Source of the DNA: Octopus vulgaris
Taxonomy: Eukaryota
Length of the DNA stretch: 64,000 nt
Assembly (NCBI GenBank): GCA_951406725.2
Contig: OX597818.1
Location: forward strand, 22,072,001 to 22,136,000
Direction of reading: 5' to 3'
Shown here: piece after piece, positions 37,948 to 51,949 of the stretch
Layout of the letters: each line of letters starts with the position of its first letter
Numbering within the stretch: the stretch's first letter is position 1
Notes under the pieces: model-generated
What the model was told of the DNA's origin: nothing
The model's database searches: none
What the model saw: only the letters and a program-made list of their open reading frames with translations
Translations under genes and position numbers: made by a program

Positions 37948-38417
37948 GTATTTGAACTGATCTAAATATGTATCTGTTATCTTTAGTTGTTTCAGTCATT
38001 AGACTATGGCCATCCTGGGGTACCTACCACCTTGAAAAATTTTTAACTGAATGAATTGACCCCAATACTTTCTTTTTCTTTTAATCCTAGTACTTATTCT
38101 GTCAATACCTTTTTGCTGAACCACTAGTTTGCGGGGATGTAATGATTTAAACACACCAACACTGGTTGTGAAATGGTGGTTGGGGACAAACACAGACACA
38201 AAAGCACACACACACACACACACAATAGGCTTCTTTCAGTTAGTTTCCATTTACCAATCTACTCACAAGGCTTTGGTTGGCCTGAGAGTATAGTTGATGG
38301 CATATGTCCAAGGTGCCACACACCAGGACTGAAACCAAGATCATGTAGTTGGGAACCAATTTTCTTACCACACAGCTACACCTGTATGTATATTGATGTA
38401 TATTATATATATATCCC

Positions 38418-38722
38418 ATGGAGGCGCAATGGCCCAGTGGTTAGGGCAGCGGGCTTGTGGTTGTAGGATCATGGTTTCAATTCCCTGACCCGGCGTTGTG
38501 AGTGTTTATTGAACGAAAACACCTAAAGCTCCACGAGGCTTCGGCAGTGGGGGGGGGGGTGATCCCTGCTGTACTCTTTTGCCACAACTTTCTCTCACTC
38601 TTTCTTCTGTTGGCCTGCACGCTTGGCCAGCGGGGTGGCGTCATTTGAAGGCTAAAACAATGCAAAGTGCATTGTGACCAGCGATGTGTAGTAACATCTG
38701 ATAGCCTGGTCAGTCACAGTGA
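38418..38722 (+). mobile_element. tRNA-derived SINE
   Basis: A box TGGCCCAGTGG and B-like GGTTTCAATTCC, embedded in a TA repeat. Confidence 0.75.
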
Positions 38723-39097
38723 TATATATATCCCACGCAAATAAACTTTAGTACATTAACTGATAGCAATCAATGCCATATATTTCAAGAGGTGGTATAG
38801 TTGGTTGAATCAGGCTAAGTATATCTGCATGATTAAGTACTTTAGGTAAAAGTACATGCCTAAAACTTAAAGCAAGTCAACTCCAATGTAGAATGCCTTT
38901 AAATCATTTTGTCTGGGTGTTCTACTTGTGGTTCTGTGCCATTTCTTCTTAGGGATGAGTCTCAATATGGCTGAAGGCTATAAATCATTTAATATTTCAG
39001 AAACACCTGAGATGTTTGGGTAGCAGTTCCTAACCTGGGGATCTGTAGACAACTGAGGTCCCACAAATTAGGTACTGGAGATGATCAGCTGAATTCA

Positions 39098-39310
39098 GGG
39101 ATCTTTTCCTTTTGATGGACGGAATTCAACACAATTTCTAGTTAACTAAACAATTTAAACTTCGTATACTGGTAGAATGTGTCAAAAGAAAACATTGTTT
39201 TCATTTGGCTTTTTTTGAGAAAATTGTAATTTGTAAGTTTAACGTAGTTTAATTCTTCGAATTTTAACCAATGAATTGCCAGCATTTGAGCTCAAATCAT
39301 TTGCTGCATT
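39098..39310 (+). mobile_element. Partial copy of the same foldback family
   Basis: Matches 29892-30090 (GGGATCTTTTCCTTTTG...CAATTTCTAGTTAACTAAACA...TATACTGGTAGAATGTGTC). Confidence 0.8.
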
Positions 39311-39393
39311 ATCGATATTGATAAACAAACGCGGAGACCCACGCCGCATACACACACACACACATATATTCAGATACATACACACGTACACTT

Positions 39394-39430
<37 letters not shown>

Positions 39431-39984
39431 CTCTCTCTCTGTCTCTCTCTCTCTCTCAAACACAGGCATATACATTTGCACAAGCACATAGTAATTAATA
39501 TATAAGCGTACACACACATACAAACGGAGATGTACATACACATTTTGTTTGTTATTTCTAGCATGTTGAGCAATTGCATCGAGACTGTTTCATTGGCTCG
39601 TGATCTTCTTTTATAAGTGACCTATTTGAATATTTGAAGAATGAGAAGAGCCAAAGTTGAACATAAATATATAAATATATATAAAAAAGTCAACTAAATC
39701 CTGTTTTATAGGACACTAACATATTTAAATTTAGTAAGCTAAATCTAAATATTTTTTTTATTAATTACAATTACACTCTATGTAAACAATCATTTTGTAA
39801 ATGACTAATTCTTGCTAAAAGATGTGAAATGCAGTTGGAAGTGAGATTAATCTTCAGCAGAACATCTTACTTGGTTCATTGAAAGGATACAGAAAATATG
39901 TGTAATCCATCCTTCCCCTTTCACAACTTCTTACATTCTTTGCAGCCCCAGCCACCACCATCTTCATCAACTATTATACTTGTG

Positions 39985-40018
<34 letters not shown>

Positions 40019-40289
40019 AACTACCACCACCACCACCACCAGCAGCAGCAGCAGCATCTCCACCCCATTTCTATTGCCAAGGAGGGTGTCACTTCAACCA
40101 GTTAATATTAGGGGCCAAATCTCTGCTAAAATCACATCAGACTTTGATCTGAATAAAAAATAAAGAAGTAGGTAAAGGCTGGAACAAATCTATCATTATA
40201 CTTGTAGGCTTGCTGGATCAGGTTGACCTAGAACTAAACATCATCTGCCAGTTACCACTACTATTCTCCACCCACTAGTCACTACATGT

Positions 40290-40480
40290 GTCACCCAACT
40301 TGCTAGAAATGGCAGCTCAATCTCCCTCAAATCACACCCTGCCATTTTGAAAAAGGAGGAATGTATTGGATAGTGAGTGTAGTCTTAGTTACATAGTATG
40401 CAAGAGAAAGATGGTGGAGCCATAACCTACCTTTTATAGGACAGTCTACTCAGTTAGGACCCATTAGATCTAAATGACAT
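40290..40480. repeat. Representative of an old, abundant short interspersed repeat
   Basis: Core TGCTAGAAATAGCAGCCAAATCTCCCTCAAATCACAC recurs in both orientations at ~1800, 15700, 15950, 17870, 21840, 24600, 27200, 31820, 44940 and 57070. Confidence 0.65.
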
Positions 40481-41311
40481 GTAATAAACCCCCACCACCA
40501 CCACCACCACAGTTATTAGCTACAATTACAATATGTTACAACCACCTGTCCCCTACATCATCTCCTACTCTCAGTTGAGAAGCAAAGGGCAGGTATATAT
40601 ATATGTTATTTTAACACACACATTTCACAAGAAATGTTGCATACATATATTACACAGGAATATAAGGATAATAATTTATAACCCTGGTGATAATGATGAT
40701 GATGATAATGATGGTGATGGTGACAGCAGCAGTAGTGGCAGCGCTGTTGTTATTGCTGCTGTTGGTGTGTATGTGTGTTTGTGCATGCGTGCGCGCACAT
40801 GCATGTGTGTGCATGTGTGTATTTATGTATATACATACGTATACATGCATACATACCACATAGAGCAAATATATTTTGCTGTAACTTCAGGCCAACCAAT
40901 GTCTTGTGAGTGCAATTGGTAGACAGTAACTGAATGGCAGTGTATCAAATATACATACATATATACAAGGTGCATTCAAAAGGTATCTGCCTTTATTTTT
41001 TCCTGCTGAAACTAATACCACATGGGTAAAATCCCTTAAGTGGAAGGTGAAGCCATCTTTCCTGTGCATGTGTGAACATTTTCACGCTGGTGGGCTCTTA
41101 TACCTAGAGTACAGACAAGTCATGCATGCTCATCACATTTTCATTTTCACAAAAAGGATTCTCCAATTGGAACACAATGAATTCGACCAGGCCATGTTTG
41201 ACATATTTTCTGCTTGTTTTGTCTTCATATCTGGAATAGTAGAATATTTTTTATCTTTTCCTTCCTGAATATTATATCAGTGGACTTATTTGAAACATCT
41301 ACTGCAACAGT

Positions 41312-41660
41312 GAAGGCACATAACTCAGTGATTAGAGCATCAGGCTCACAATCATGAGGTAGTGAGTTTGATTCCCAGACCAGGCTGTGTGTTGTGTCCT
41401 TGAACAAGACACTTTATTTCATGTTGCTCCAGTTCACTCAGCTGTAGAAATGAGTTGTGATGTCACTGGTGCCAAGCTGTATCAGCCTTTGCCTTTCCCT
41501 TGGATAACATCGGTGGTATGGAGAGGGGAGGCTGGTATGCATGGGCGATTGCTGGTCTTCCATAAACCACGTCGCCCAGACTTGTGCCTTGGTGGGTAAC
41601 TTTCTAGGTGCAATACCATAGTCATTCATGACTGAAGGGGTTCTTTACTCTTTTACTTTT
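41312..41660 (+). mobile_element. tRNA-derived SINE
   Basis: TAACTCAGTGATTAGAGC...GAGTTTGATTCC, CCTTGAACAAGACACTT and a (TTTAC)n tail. Degenerate TSD TACTGCAACAGT/TACTGAAGCAGT. Confidence 0.75.
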
Positions 41661-44600
41661 ACTGAAGCAGTAGATATTATGAAACTTTTGCTCTATTTTA
41701 TTCTTCATATTTGTTCCCTAAGATATGATCTTTCATCATCATCCTTCTACTACTTTTGTTTTTCAGCTTTGCTGAAAACTGCCCTCCTAATATCCAGTGG
41801 AGCAATGCTAGCCACAGATAAAGATTATTCATGTTAGTGGGCCAAAGACAACTTACTATATATCAATATATTTCATTGAGAATGCTGTGCAGAGACCTAA
41901 AAGATCTTGTTCATACATAATTTGCAGCATAGTAGTAGTATAGAACCAATTCTACTATTCTGGATCTTGTGAACTTTCACCTTCCTCTCCTGGGAAGTTG
42001 CTGATTTTTTGTTGAATACTATTCCAAGAGTTTGCTTTGGTCATTAGATTTTATGTTTCCTGAATGTTGAACTAGTGTCTAGTAACACACCAAGGTACTT
42101 AGTATTCATGCCTATATCTGCTTGGCCCTCCTCCACAGTTTTCAACCAAGTCTTGACAGTGTTAACTTGTTACCTGCTCTCTATCTCTGGTTTTGCACTC
42201 ACAAATCCTAAATTGACATTTTATCTGCATTTCCAGCATGCTCTGTTAAATGATTTTGCATGTTTTGGATTAAACTGGAATTAACTTCTTTCCTGTGCAT
42301 ATTTGCTAATCAGAAACCCTACTGAATATTATGATTATTGAAATCTATTGTAATTTTGGTACCTTGAAAGTCATAAAAGGCATACAGGGTGCTTAAATTT
42401 ATATTATTAAAATTTTTCCATTTCTGCCTACCGCACTTCAGTATTGTTACTTCTATTTTTATATGTTGAAATAAAGAAGTTTGTTTCTCATAAATAGTGC
42501 TTGTGTAGCTGTTCAATTTATAGAGTCATGTCCTTAATTTTAGGGCTTGGATTATGTAGACCTCTGTACATTTCATGTAAGCATAGGGTCTCACATTGAG
42601 TTTTTTTGCAAATGGATAATATTGTAACAGGATGAAAGGTCTGGAACACTTGAGGGGTGCAGGTCTCATCCCTTTACATTAAATTATTTGTCAATGGAAA
42701 ACCAAGACTTCGAATAACTTCAACAGCATAAATAATATTTATTTTTCTGGATTCGCAATAATATATACATATATATTTCCTTCAGGGCGAACCGGTAGCC
42801 ATGGAGTTAAATGGTGTGAGCAAAATGCTGTCTCGAACAAGCATAGTGTAGCTTCGCCTTGTGGTGGCAGCTTGAGGAGAGATGTGAGAACACATTTGTT
42901 CAATTTGGTGTCCGCTTCAAGAGAGATCGAACATGGGAAGTTTTGCTGCTGGTAGTTCTCTGCACATGCCCATGAAGGAACTTCCAGCGGCCTCCCAGAA
43001 GAAATCCAACTCTGCGCATGCTTGCTGAAGAATTCCAAAATGGCGTCACTACAATATTGTCTTTTTTATTGAAGGGAATCTGTCAATGTTTATTGATAAG
43101 ATAGTCAGTGTATAGCTAGGGAATTTAAAGAGAAACATAAGAAATAATGCAGTGCAATATTTGTGGGAAACAAAAACTCTATGACATCACTACATCAAAA
43201 TAAAAATAACAATATTAAAGTATTTCAGACAGAACTAATAAAGGTAAAGTTTATTGTCTGAGAATCTGCAGTTGTTGTTTGCGGCATTATAAAAATGAAG
43301 CAAAAATAGCATCATAACAAAACACTTATGTTGTGACTTGATTAGATTAACACCAGTATTATATTGACTAGAACTAATTTATTTGACTTGAGAAAGATGA
43401 AAGGGAAAGTGAACCTGGATAAGATTTAAGATAGGAAAGGTACTGTTTTCCCAGCACTCTACAGATCTTGCTATGTGCACTTGCCATATATTTGTATTAA
43501 ACCTTGCTTTTTCTTTCTATATATTATCAGGAGAAATGGTTTTAAATTGTTTATATTTATATTTCTTCTTGCAGATATTGTATACCAGCAAAATGATAAC
43601 TGATACCAAATATCCACAGCAAACCATTCCACTGAATTACAAGACTTCAGTACTATTTCTAAGTTTGACTTGGTCAAAGATTTTTATTTTATATTTAGTA
43701 TAAAATTAATTTTTTAAAAAAGAGTCACAATAACTTCAACAAGAAGCATATAATTGATAAGAAACTTTGTCTACCATATAAAATCAACAGGAGAGAAGAG
43801 AACTTGAGAAAAAAGGCATTGTTACTGTTTCTGAGAGTAGAAACTAGGAACATTTAATAAAGAATAACTTTTTGATATTTTTAATTGTTGGTTTAATATT
43901 AAAAAAAAATTATTTACCTATTTTTAAAAATATTTTTGTTTATTTAAAAATCTCTGATACAAACTAAATGAATATATAAACATTTGACAATGGAAAGAAT
44001 GAAATGATTCTAAGTTTTAAATTTCTCGTACATTCCCTAATATGTCAAAAATTTTGACCAATTTTTTCAATTACAAGTCTTCAACTTAAGACACCTCATT
44101 CATATATAAGAGTCTTTCAGTTGTTTCTGCAGCAGATTCTTCCTTTTTTTTTTTGACACTCAAAATGACTATCTTCCAACTCATTCTTCTTAGAATTGTA
44201 ATATTTTCATTCATTTAACCAGCCATTATTTCTGTCTTCTTCTTAAAAAAAAAGAAGACTTACCATTTTTCCTGTCTTCCTACAAACTGTGTGATACCCT
44301 TTCTTGGTTATTCATTTTTTGTGGAGTCATACTAGTCTTTTTAATCTGTTTTACAAATCGCTATATTAATTCTTAAACAACTTCCAAAAGTAAAATGTTT
44401 TATTTATATTTTTTTCTACCATTTCTACTGACTTCTTGTAAATAAAGTAAATTCTACCGATATCAGAAAGAAATGTATGTCATTGAGACCTTAGTCCACT
44501 GGTTTCAAATAAACCTCAAGAGTGTCTTACATTTTAACCTTGGAATTACTAAATCAAGCTGACAACCATGTAACATTTCAGTCAACTACAGAACCTGTTA

Positions 44601-46199
44601 TTATTTGTTTTTATGTTGGTATTGTCATTGTTGTAAGTGTGGTTGTTATCATTGTTGTTAAGTAACTCTGGTCAATTCTGCATGAGCCGATATAGAACTA
44701 GATTGTTGATCAAATAAAGCATTTGATCTGCATTTTTAGCTGTGGCCAGTCTTTCCACCTCTATTGTAAATATATTGTCCAAACAACTAGTGGTTCGTAT
44801 TTTAAAAACAATATGGAGTTCATGTTGAAGAAATCTAACTGCTACATTTAGCAAGTCAACCAACTACATAGGAGTTACCTTACTGGCTCTTTTGGTTCAT
44901 ATCCTAAGGATATAAAGTGGAGAACAAATTTAGTAATAGAGATTTGGTTGCGATATTCAGTATGTCAAGTAACTATACAGATGCTCCCTCTGTGGTATGT
45001 GTTGTGATTTTTGTAAAGAATTTTTGAAGAACTCATTCTATTTTGTCAAATGAATCTATGGTGGTAAATGAATATGATAGCCAATCAAGCATTCAGCAGA
45101 AAAAAACCCATAAATCTCTAAATAAGTCAACATATATGCTGTTCATATAAGCACTGCCAGTTCCTATATTATCATTCCAAACCCTCATCTTCTGAAGAAA
45201 TGAACCATTAAATCAACCTTGTTAAGATTTGAACTCTTGCTTGTCCTTAAACTATGTCTGACTTTATTCATCTTGATTTTATTATATAATTTTTATATTG
45301 TACCATTTTTGAAGAAAAATGAATAACTGAATCAACCTGGGTCAGATTTGAACTTGGAAATATTTTTACACTCATTCCTACACTCAAGCAACTGTTGATC
45401 ATTCACAAATGCTTGCTCCAAACCAAGTAGAGGGACATTGGTTGTATATCAAGACAGTTCGGCAGTTTATACCATCAAGTAGACTTTGAAAACTTTCATC
45501 AGTGAATCAATGATATTCCAATAAATGTGATTTATGCAGTAAATTGTTATTTTGTAATACTTTCAATGTTTTGTACTGACATTTGAATATAACATACGTT
45601 AGTATGGATGTTACACACACACACACACACACATTTCAGCTTGTGTCATTTTCTTTCTTTGATGTAAAAACCAAAATCTTTATGCTAGTGTAAAATATCT
45701 TGCTGTTGCTTAGTCCAAAGTCAACTCTGGTAAAGCTGACCTATGACTAAAGATTTTCATCTGTGACCAAAATATCTTTTATTCATTGTTGTATATCTAG
45801 ATGTGGTAATCTGAAATGTTCTTCCTCCTAAACATTACAGATTCCTATTTCACCACTTTATAGTTCAAATCTTTTGTTTCAACAAATTGGTATATCAGAT
45901 ATCCACTACTCTGTCATCATTATTTCTACAAGAATAATTACTCTTACTCTGGGAAATAAGATACAACTTGATAGATTTAAACTTAAGAGTACCGACTTAA
46001 CAAATATACAGTTGTTTGTCACATGATGTTTTCAAATCTATTCTATTGTTTCAAGGTAATATTTGCTACTACATAAAAAGTAAACTTTTATAAAAAATTC
46101 TCAAATTTCTTTCTTTTATGTCTCTAATCTCTCCTCTACTCACACAATTTTACTGCTGCACAAAACTTAGGACACACAATCACAAAAGAGTGATCTAAC

Positions 46200-47030
46200 T
46201 TCACAACACCCGTTCTATCACCTTCAAACAATGCAGTCCAGAGTTAGCTGATGCCTTTACCAAACTCATCAATCTGTCTGTCTCTGTCTCTCACTTACTC
46301 TTTGTGTCTGTCTCCCTGACTTTATAGGAATGCATCCCAATCTTTGGAAACACTGTACAATGTCCTATCCCACAAAAAAAGCAACCAGTTTGTCCCTATA
46401 AACTACCGATTTACTGCTTTCACTTTCAATGACTTAAAAGTGTTAATACTCCCCTTCTCCATCACATTTAGTTTATCTACCTCTTCAGTGACCATTAGTA
46501 TGACTTTCATAAAAGCAGATCTTCTGAAGACTTGTTCTCATATGTCAATGAGAACTTTAGTAAAAGGAATATTTCTTTTGGAGTTTCTTCTATTTCTTGA
46601 ATTGGAAACTTCCTGCCAGATTACACCATTGCAGTATGTGCCAACAAAATCCTCTGGGACTCAATCTTTATGATGGCTGATGTTCACATTGTTTAGTAAT
46701 GTTTCCATACAACCTCCATGATCAGAGACCCTGAGAACATACTTCAATGGGGATATGACAGCCTTGTCTCCTTCAACAACATCAAGACTACATGTATCGA
46801 TGAAAATGTTTTGTCACTCATTGTCTTTAGTCCTGAACAGCACATTATCAAAACCATTAACATCAAAAGAAGTGCTAGCTTTTGTGGTATCTGATTATCT
46901 CTTCATATTGACCTCTACATACATACCATTGCCATAACTGTATTACAAAGGCTAAGATTCTTCTTCAAAGTCACAAAATACTTCAGCCTTAATCAGTTGC
47001 TAACTTAATACAGAACTAAAGTTAGACTCA
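46200..47030 (+). mobile_element. Old decayed LINE RT fragment
   Basis: Remnants resembling WK....PIP.KK...P.NYR; many stops. Confidence 0.5.
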
Positions 47031-47069
47031 CACTGAAGTACTTACTCACATATATGATGCTAATGTTAC

Positions 47070-47330
47070 ATCATCATCATCATCATCATTTAACGTCCGT
47101 TTTCCACGCTAGCATGGGTTGGATGGTTCGACCGGGGTCTGGAAGACATGGAGGCTGCACCAGGCTCTAGTCTGATTTGGCAGTGTTTCTACAGCTGGAT
47201 GCCCTTCCTAGCGCCAACCACTCCGTGAGTGTAGTGGGTGTTTTTTACGTGCCACTGGCACTGCAGGCTGGCAAACGGCCACGATCGGTTGGTGCTTTTG
47301 ACGTGTCACTGACACGGACGCCAGCTGGCA
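47070..47330 (-). repeat. RTE-type 3' tail repeat ending in (GAT)n
   Basis: GCTGGATGCCCTTCCTA..GCCAACCACT core, also at ~545-780, 3130-3345, 35290-35455 and 62920-63100. Matches the 3' end of the RTE at 33420-33590. Confidence 0.75.
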
Positions 47331-47654
47331 TGCATATACATTACATCCAAAAATGGAACTTCATTTGACTGGTTATAATTCACTCATCAATGCACTTCAA
47401 GTCACTAAAGTCACAATGCACTGAAGTCACTAAAGTGCAACTTCTTCTCTGTGTCTTGTCTGTTGCTACAACAATGCCCTCCACACACACACTTCAGAGC
47501 TAGCTAGTTGCATACCCCCTTTACCAAGCTGTCTTCTTGTCCTAATATTTTTTTGAAATTTCATTTGTTTATGCTCCTCCCTCTTCCAACTCATACTGCA
47601 TATTTTATTGTCGTTGTTGCCATTATTAGACTCACTGACAGCATGTTGTTGATG

Positions 47655-47955
47655 ATCAGCCTGGCTGCAAAGTAACATACCAGCAGCTGTAGGATGGTCA
47701 GCCTGAATGAGGAATAATATAGCAGCAGTAGGATGGTTAATCTAACTGCAAGGTAGCATAGCGGCTGTAGGGTGGTCAGCCTGACTGCAAAGTAGCATAG
47801 CAGCTGTAAGGTGGTCAACTTAACCGTAAGGTAACATAGCAGGTGTAGGCCAGTCAGCCTGACCACAAGGTGACATAGTAGATGTAGGGCAGTCAGCCTG
47901 ACCACGAGGTATCATAGCAGCTGTAGGATGTCCAACCTAGCTGCAAAGTAACACA
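47655..47955. repeat. 39-bp minisatellite, about 8 diverged units
   Basis: Unit approximately CATAGCAGCTGTAGGATGGTCAGCCTGACTGCAAAGTAA. Confidence 0.85.
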
Positions 47956-48590
47956 ACAATTGAAACTTGGTCTGTTGTCACACAATATCAATGTTGTTGA
48001 AAGCAATGTCTGTTCAAGAAAAAATGTTTGAGTGGTATAATTTGTATAGTGTTTACATTTTGAAGGATAAAATTATACGTAACTTTTCAGAATAAATTAC
48101 AGTCATTGACTTCCCCCTTGGGTTTGTCAAATGTTCCTTGTTGGTATAATTGTTTTGCCATAAAGTAATTTAGCTTAAACTGTTGTTCATTGCAGTATGC
48201 TTTCATTCTGTTCATATAACCAACAGCTAGATCTTGCGTTGCTGTTTTATAATAATTAACTTAAGTGATTATGAATTTCATAAGTCAAAGAAATAAGCAC
48301 TTTATAGTTCTGGTTTTTCCCATAGTAAGCAACTAAAAAGATTTTGTTTACTTTTCTAGAATTTTAATTTTTTTTTTTTGATATATTGATTCTTCAACAG
48401 TGTTGTTCAAATTGTCAAGTCCAGCCATGTTGTTTGTAGAAAAATCTTAGTATAATAGTTGTTTTTTAGTAAATATGATCAGAAGAATAACCAATTATTT
48501 AATAAGGTGATAGTTCTGGCATTAATGTTGGACATAAGATTCATTCCAAATCCAGTCAATAAATACATACGTACGTACGTACATACATAA

Positions 48591-48695
<105 letters not shown>

Positions 48696-49068
48696 TGTAT
48701 GCATATAACTGGAGATATCAGGTACTTCAAAGGGCTGTGGGATACAATGGTGAAACATTGTGACTTGTTACAACCAAAATGAGGAAACGAGTTTCAATAA
48801 ATCACTTTAAATGCACAAACAAATGAATTTAAAGCTAGAAATGACACGTGCTAAAAAATTATGTTTGATGTATGTACTCTCTCTCTTTCTCTCTCTCTCC
48901 ATCTCCCTTACTCTCTCTCTCTTTCTCTCTGTATATATATATATATATATATATTTTAGGAAGTTAAATGTTAAGCACTTTATAGTTGCCAAACCAATGG
49001 TCACTCTCTGACTGGTCATAACACATTTAACTTCTTAAAAAATATATTACTGCACTAATTCTTTATAG

Positions 49069-49250
49069 CAGTGGGAAGTACTGCCCTCTTGATGAGGGGT
49101 ACATGAAAGATCCAGTGGGAGGTACTGCCCTCTTGGTGAGGGGTGCGGGGAAAGATCCAGTGGGAGGTACTGCCCTCTTGGTGAGGGGTGTGGGGAAAGA
49201 TCCAGTTGGAGGTACTGTCCTCTTGGCAAGGGGTGTGTGAAAGATCCATT
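49069..49250. repeat. 45-bp minisatellite, about 4 units
   Basis: Unit approximately GAAAGATCCAGTGGGAGGTACTGCCCTCTTGGTGAGGGGTGTGGG. Confidence 0.85.
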
Positions 49251-49597
49251 GGGTGGGGAGAGGGACGTTTAAGAGAAGTGAAGCAATAATGAGGAGGCAA
49301 AAAGGGGGTGGTAGATGTAAAAAAAATAATAAATAATGGGTTAGTTTGGTTAAGCTTTATTTGTGAAATAAATTGTTTTGAATTTGCTGCTGAAAGTGGT
49401 TTATGTTTGTGGTATGGAGGGGTAGAGGGCACTAGGAATGAGGTATGGGTTCCAAGGAGGCAGTGGCCTGAAAAAGTTTGGAAACTACTGCTTTTGGGTG
49501 TGCTTTTTTTTTTCAAATATATGAACTACTGACAATGTGTGTCTGTGTGTGTGTGTACACATGTATGTATGTGTGCATGAGCACACACATGGATAGA

Positions 49598-49640
<43 letters not shown>

Positions 49641-49962
49641 GTGTGTGTGTGTGTTTTGGTATTTGTCTCACACTACCTGACAACCATCATTGATTTCCTT
49701 CCATCCTCGTAACTTAAAAGTTTAGCAAAAAGATACCCATAAAGTAAGTATTGGGGTTGATTTAGTCAGATAACTTCTCTAGAAGGTGTCCTAGCATGGT
49801 TGCATCCCAATGACAGAGACAAATCAAAGAATAAAAGAATATGTATGTGTGTGCTTGTAATTGTATGTATGTGTATATATAGCCATGTAACTATGTGTGT
49901 GTTTGCATTATGCAAGTATGTTAAATATTTTGTACATACATTCATATATATATGTAAAAATG

Positions 49963-50025
<63 letters not shown>

Positions 50026-50119
50026 GTATTATTTATTTTTATTTTATTTTATCTAGTTTCGTCGTGTGGTGTGGGCACCCCATTTGGTGTTGCTACATGA
50101 TTTTATTCCAATGCTTTTG

Positions 50120-50690
50120 ATGCATTTGGTGATGAGAGAGGTGACTGCCTCATCTGCACCTCCTGCGAGTGGTTCATCTGGGACACCTGACAAGAAGAGA
50201 TCCATTATTTTAAAGACATCTGCATCCACCCATCAGGTCTCTGGTTCTTCGAGATATTGAAGAGCTGGGGCTTAGCCAGGTATCACAGTGTTTTTTCATC
50301 TATGGCAAATTTGAGTCCTGCACTCTGCAGTGGCCAGTTTGCATGTGTAACTCTCGATGCCAAAGTTTGGGACAAGTCCTTCTAGGATCTTCCAGAGTAT
50401 AAGGCATATTTTTCACCTATGCTCAAGGAATAGAGTCTTAATCTGAGTCTCCAGTATTATGTGCACAGAGGCTATCTTCGTGTATGATCAGTTCTGTGAT
50501 TAACTTGACACTATGTGACAGCTGAGACAATAGCGTGTAGACAAGTCCTCAGAGGACCATCATGGTTTGTCTCTGTTCTAATCCATCATCACCCCTACAT
50601 TTCATTGCCAATTTAGCAACATGCATGAGGTGTCATCACTCATGTAATACCGGCACTGATTGTGCCTTGGATTCACTCCAGGTCAGTGTA
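50120..50690 (-). mobile_element. Decayed CR1-like LINE fragment
   Basis: Remnant similarity to the C-terminal RT region, judged by eye. Confidence 0.35.
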
Positions 50691-50811
50691 TTCATTGGTA
50701 TTGCATTTATTTGATCTGATAGATGCTAAACTTTCAGCATTGAACTGCATGCTTTATATATATATATATATATATTATTATATATTATATATATACATGT
50801 ATATGTATGTG

Positions 50812-50846
<35 letters not shown>

Positions 50847-50990
50847 GTGTATGTGTGTGTTTGTGTACATGGAAGAGAGTGAATAGGAGGACTAAACAAC
50901 ACGCAAAGGCATGAAGCCCAGTACAATACACACTATTCCGTAAGTAGTTCATGAAAAGACATTGTAGATCTTTACATCCATTCATCACCA

Positions 50991-51050
<60 letters not shown>

Positions 51051-51949
51051 GTGTGTGTGTTTGTGTGTATGCAGACATGCATATATTGTATGCTTGAACT
51101 AAGAAAAAGCATCTTTTGATATTAATTGGGGTTTTTGATGAGAGAATTTTAGACAATTATAAACGAAAGTTTGGTGTCAACTTTGACCAATTTAAACTAT
51201 TTAAGCTAAATAAATTGAACCTCAGTACAAATGGGCCATTAAACTCTTTTTATGATTGGTTGAATTGGGCAGAGTGGGAGGGAAAAAGTGGTGAAAGAGA
51301 GAGAGAGTGGGGAGGGTGAGACTGAATGAATTTGAGAGAGAGGTGGGTGGAAAGAGGGATAGAGAAAAAAGAGATGGGAGAGAGAAAAATAGATAGATAG
51401 ACAGACTGATAGATAGATAGCGAGAGAAGGAGAGAAAAAAGAGAGAGAGAATAACGAAAAGAAAGAGAAACAGGTGGGAGAGAGAGTTAGTAAAAAAAAA
51501 AGAGAGGGGCAGAAAAAATTAAAAGAACAATCAAAAGGTAAAACATGGGAGGCAGAAAGAAATGTGAGAGGTGGGGGAGAAATATGTTGAGTACAAACAG
51601 AGAGGTAGAGAAATAAGGGAGAAAGGCATGGTATGGAATTGTTGTTGGAGGTTGGAATAATTACATGAAATTACATGGTGCAGTATGGCAAAGTAGCTAG
51701 GAGTGTCAACTTAACTACTTCAGAGGTCAGTAGTTCAAACTTTTGTTGGCATCATTTTATTGTTTGCTTATTGCAGTCAATCTACGTAACAATAAATGAA
51801 CAATAATAATAATGATAATAACAATAACAATAATCACAATGATTTCTTTTATCCAATAATAATAGCAACAACAACAGCAATAATGATGTTTTCTTTATGA
51901 ATCACTAAGGATTTAGGAAAAGATCAAGGTTGTTAAGGGACAATACAAT

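Noticed and set aside
39898-40152. Poly-L/P/A ORF as a signal-peptide protein
   Set aside because: It is made of (CTA)n(CCA)n(GCA)n trinucleotide repeats running into an interspersed repeat.
49069-49250. CRISPR-like or tandem hammerhead array (TTGATGAG...GAAAG)
   Set aside because: Units are contiguous with no unique spacers. There is no CUGANGA core or helix II, and the context is eukaryotic with no cas genes.
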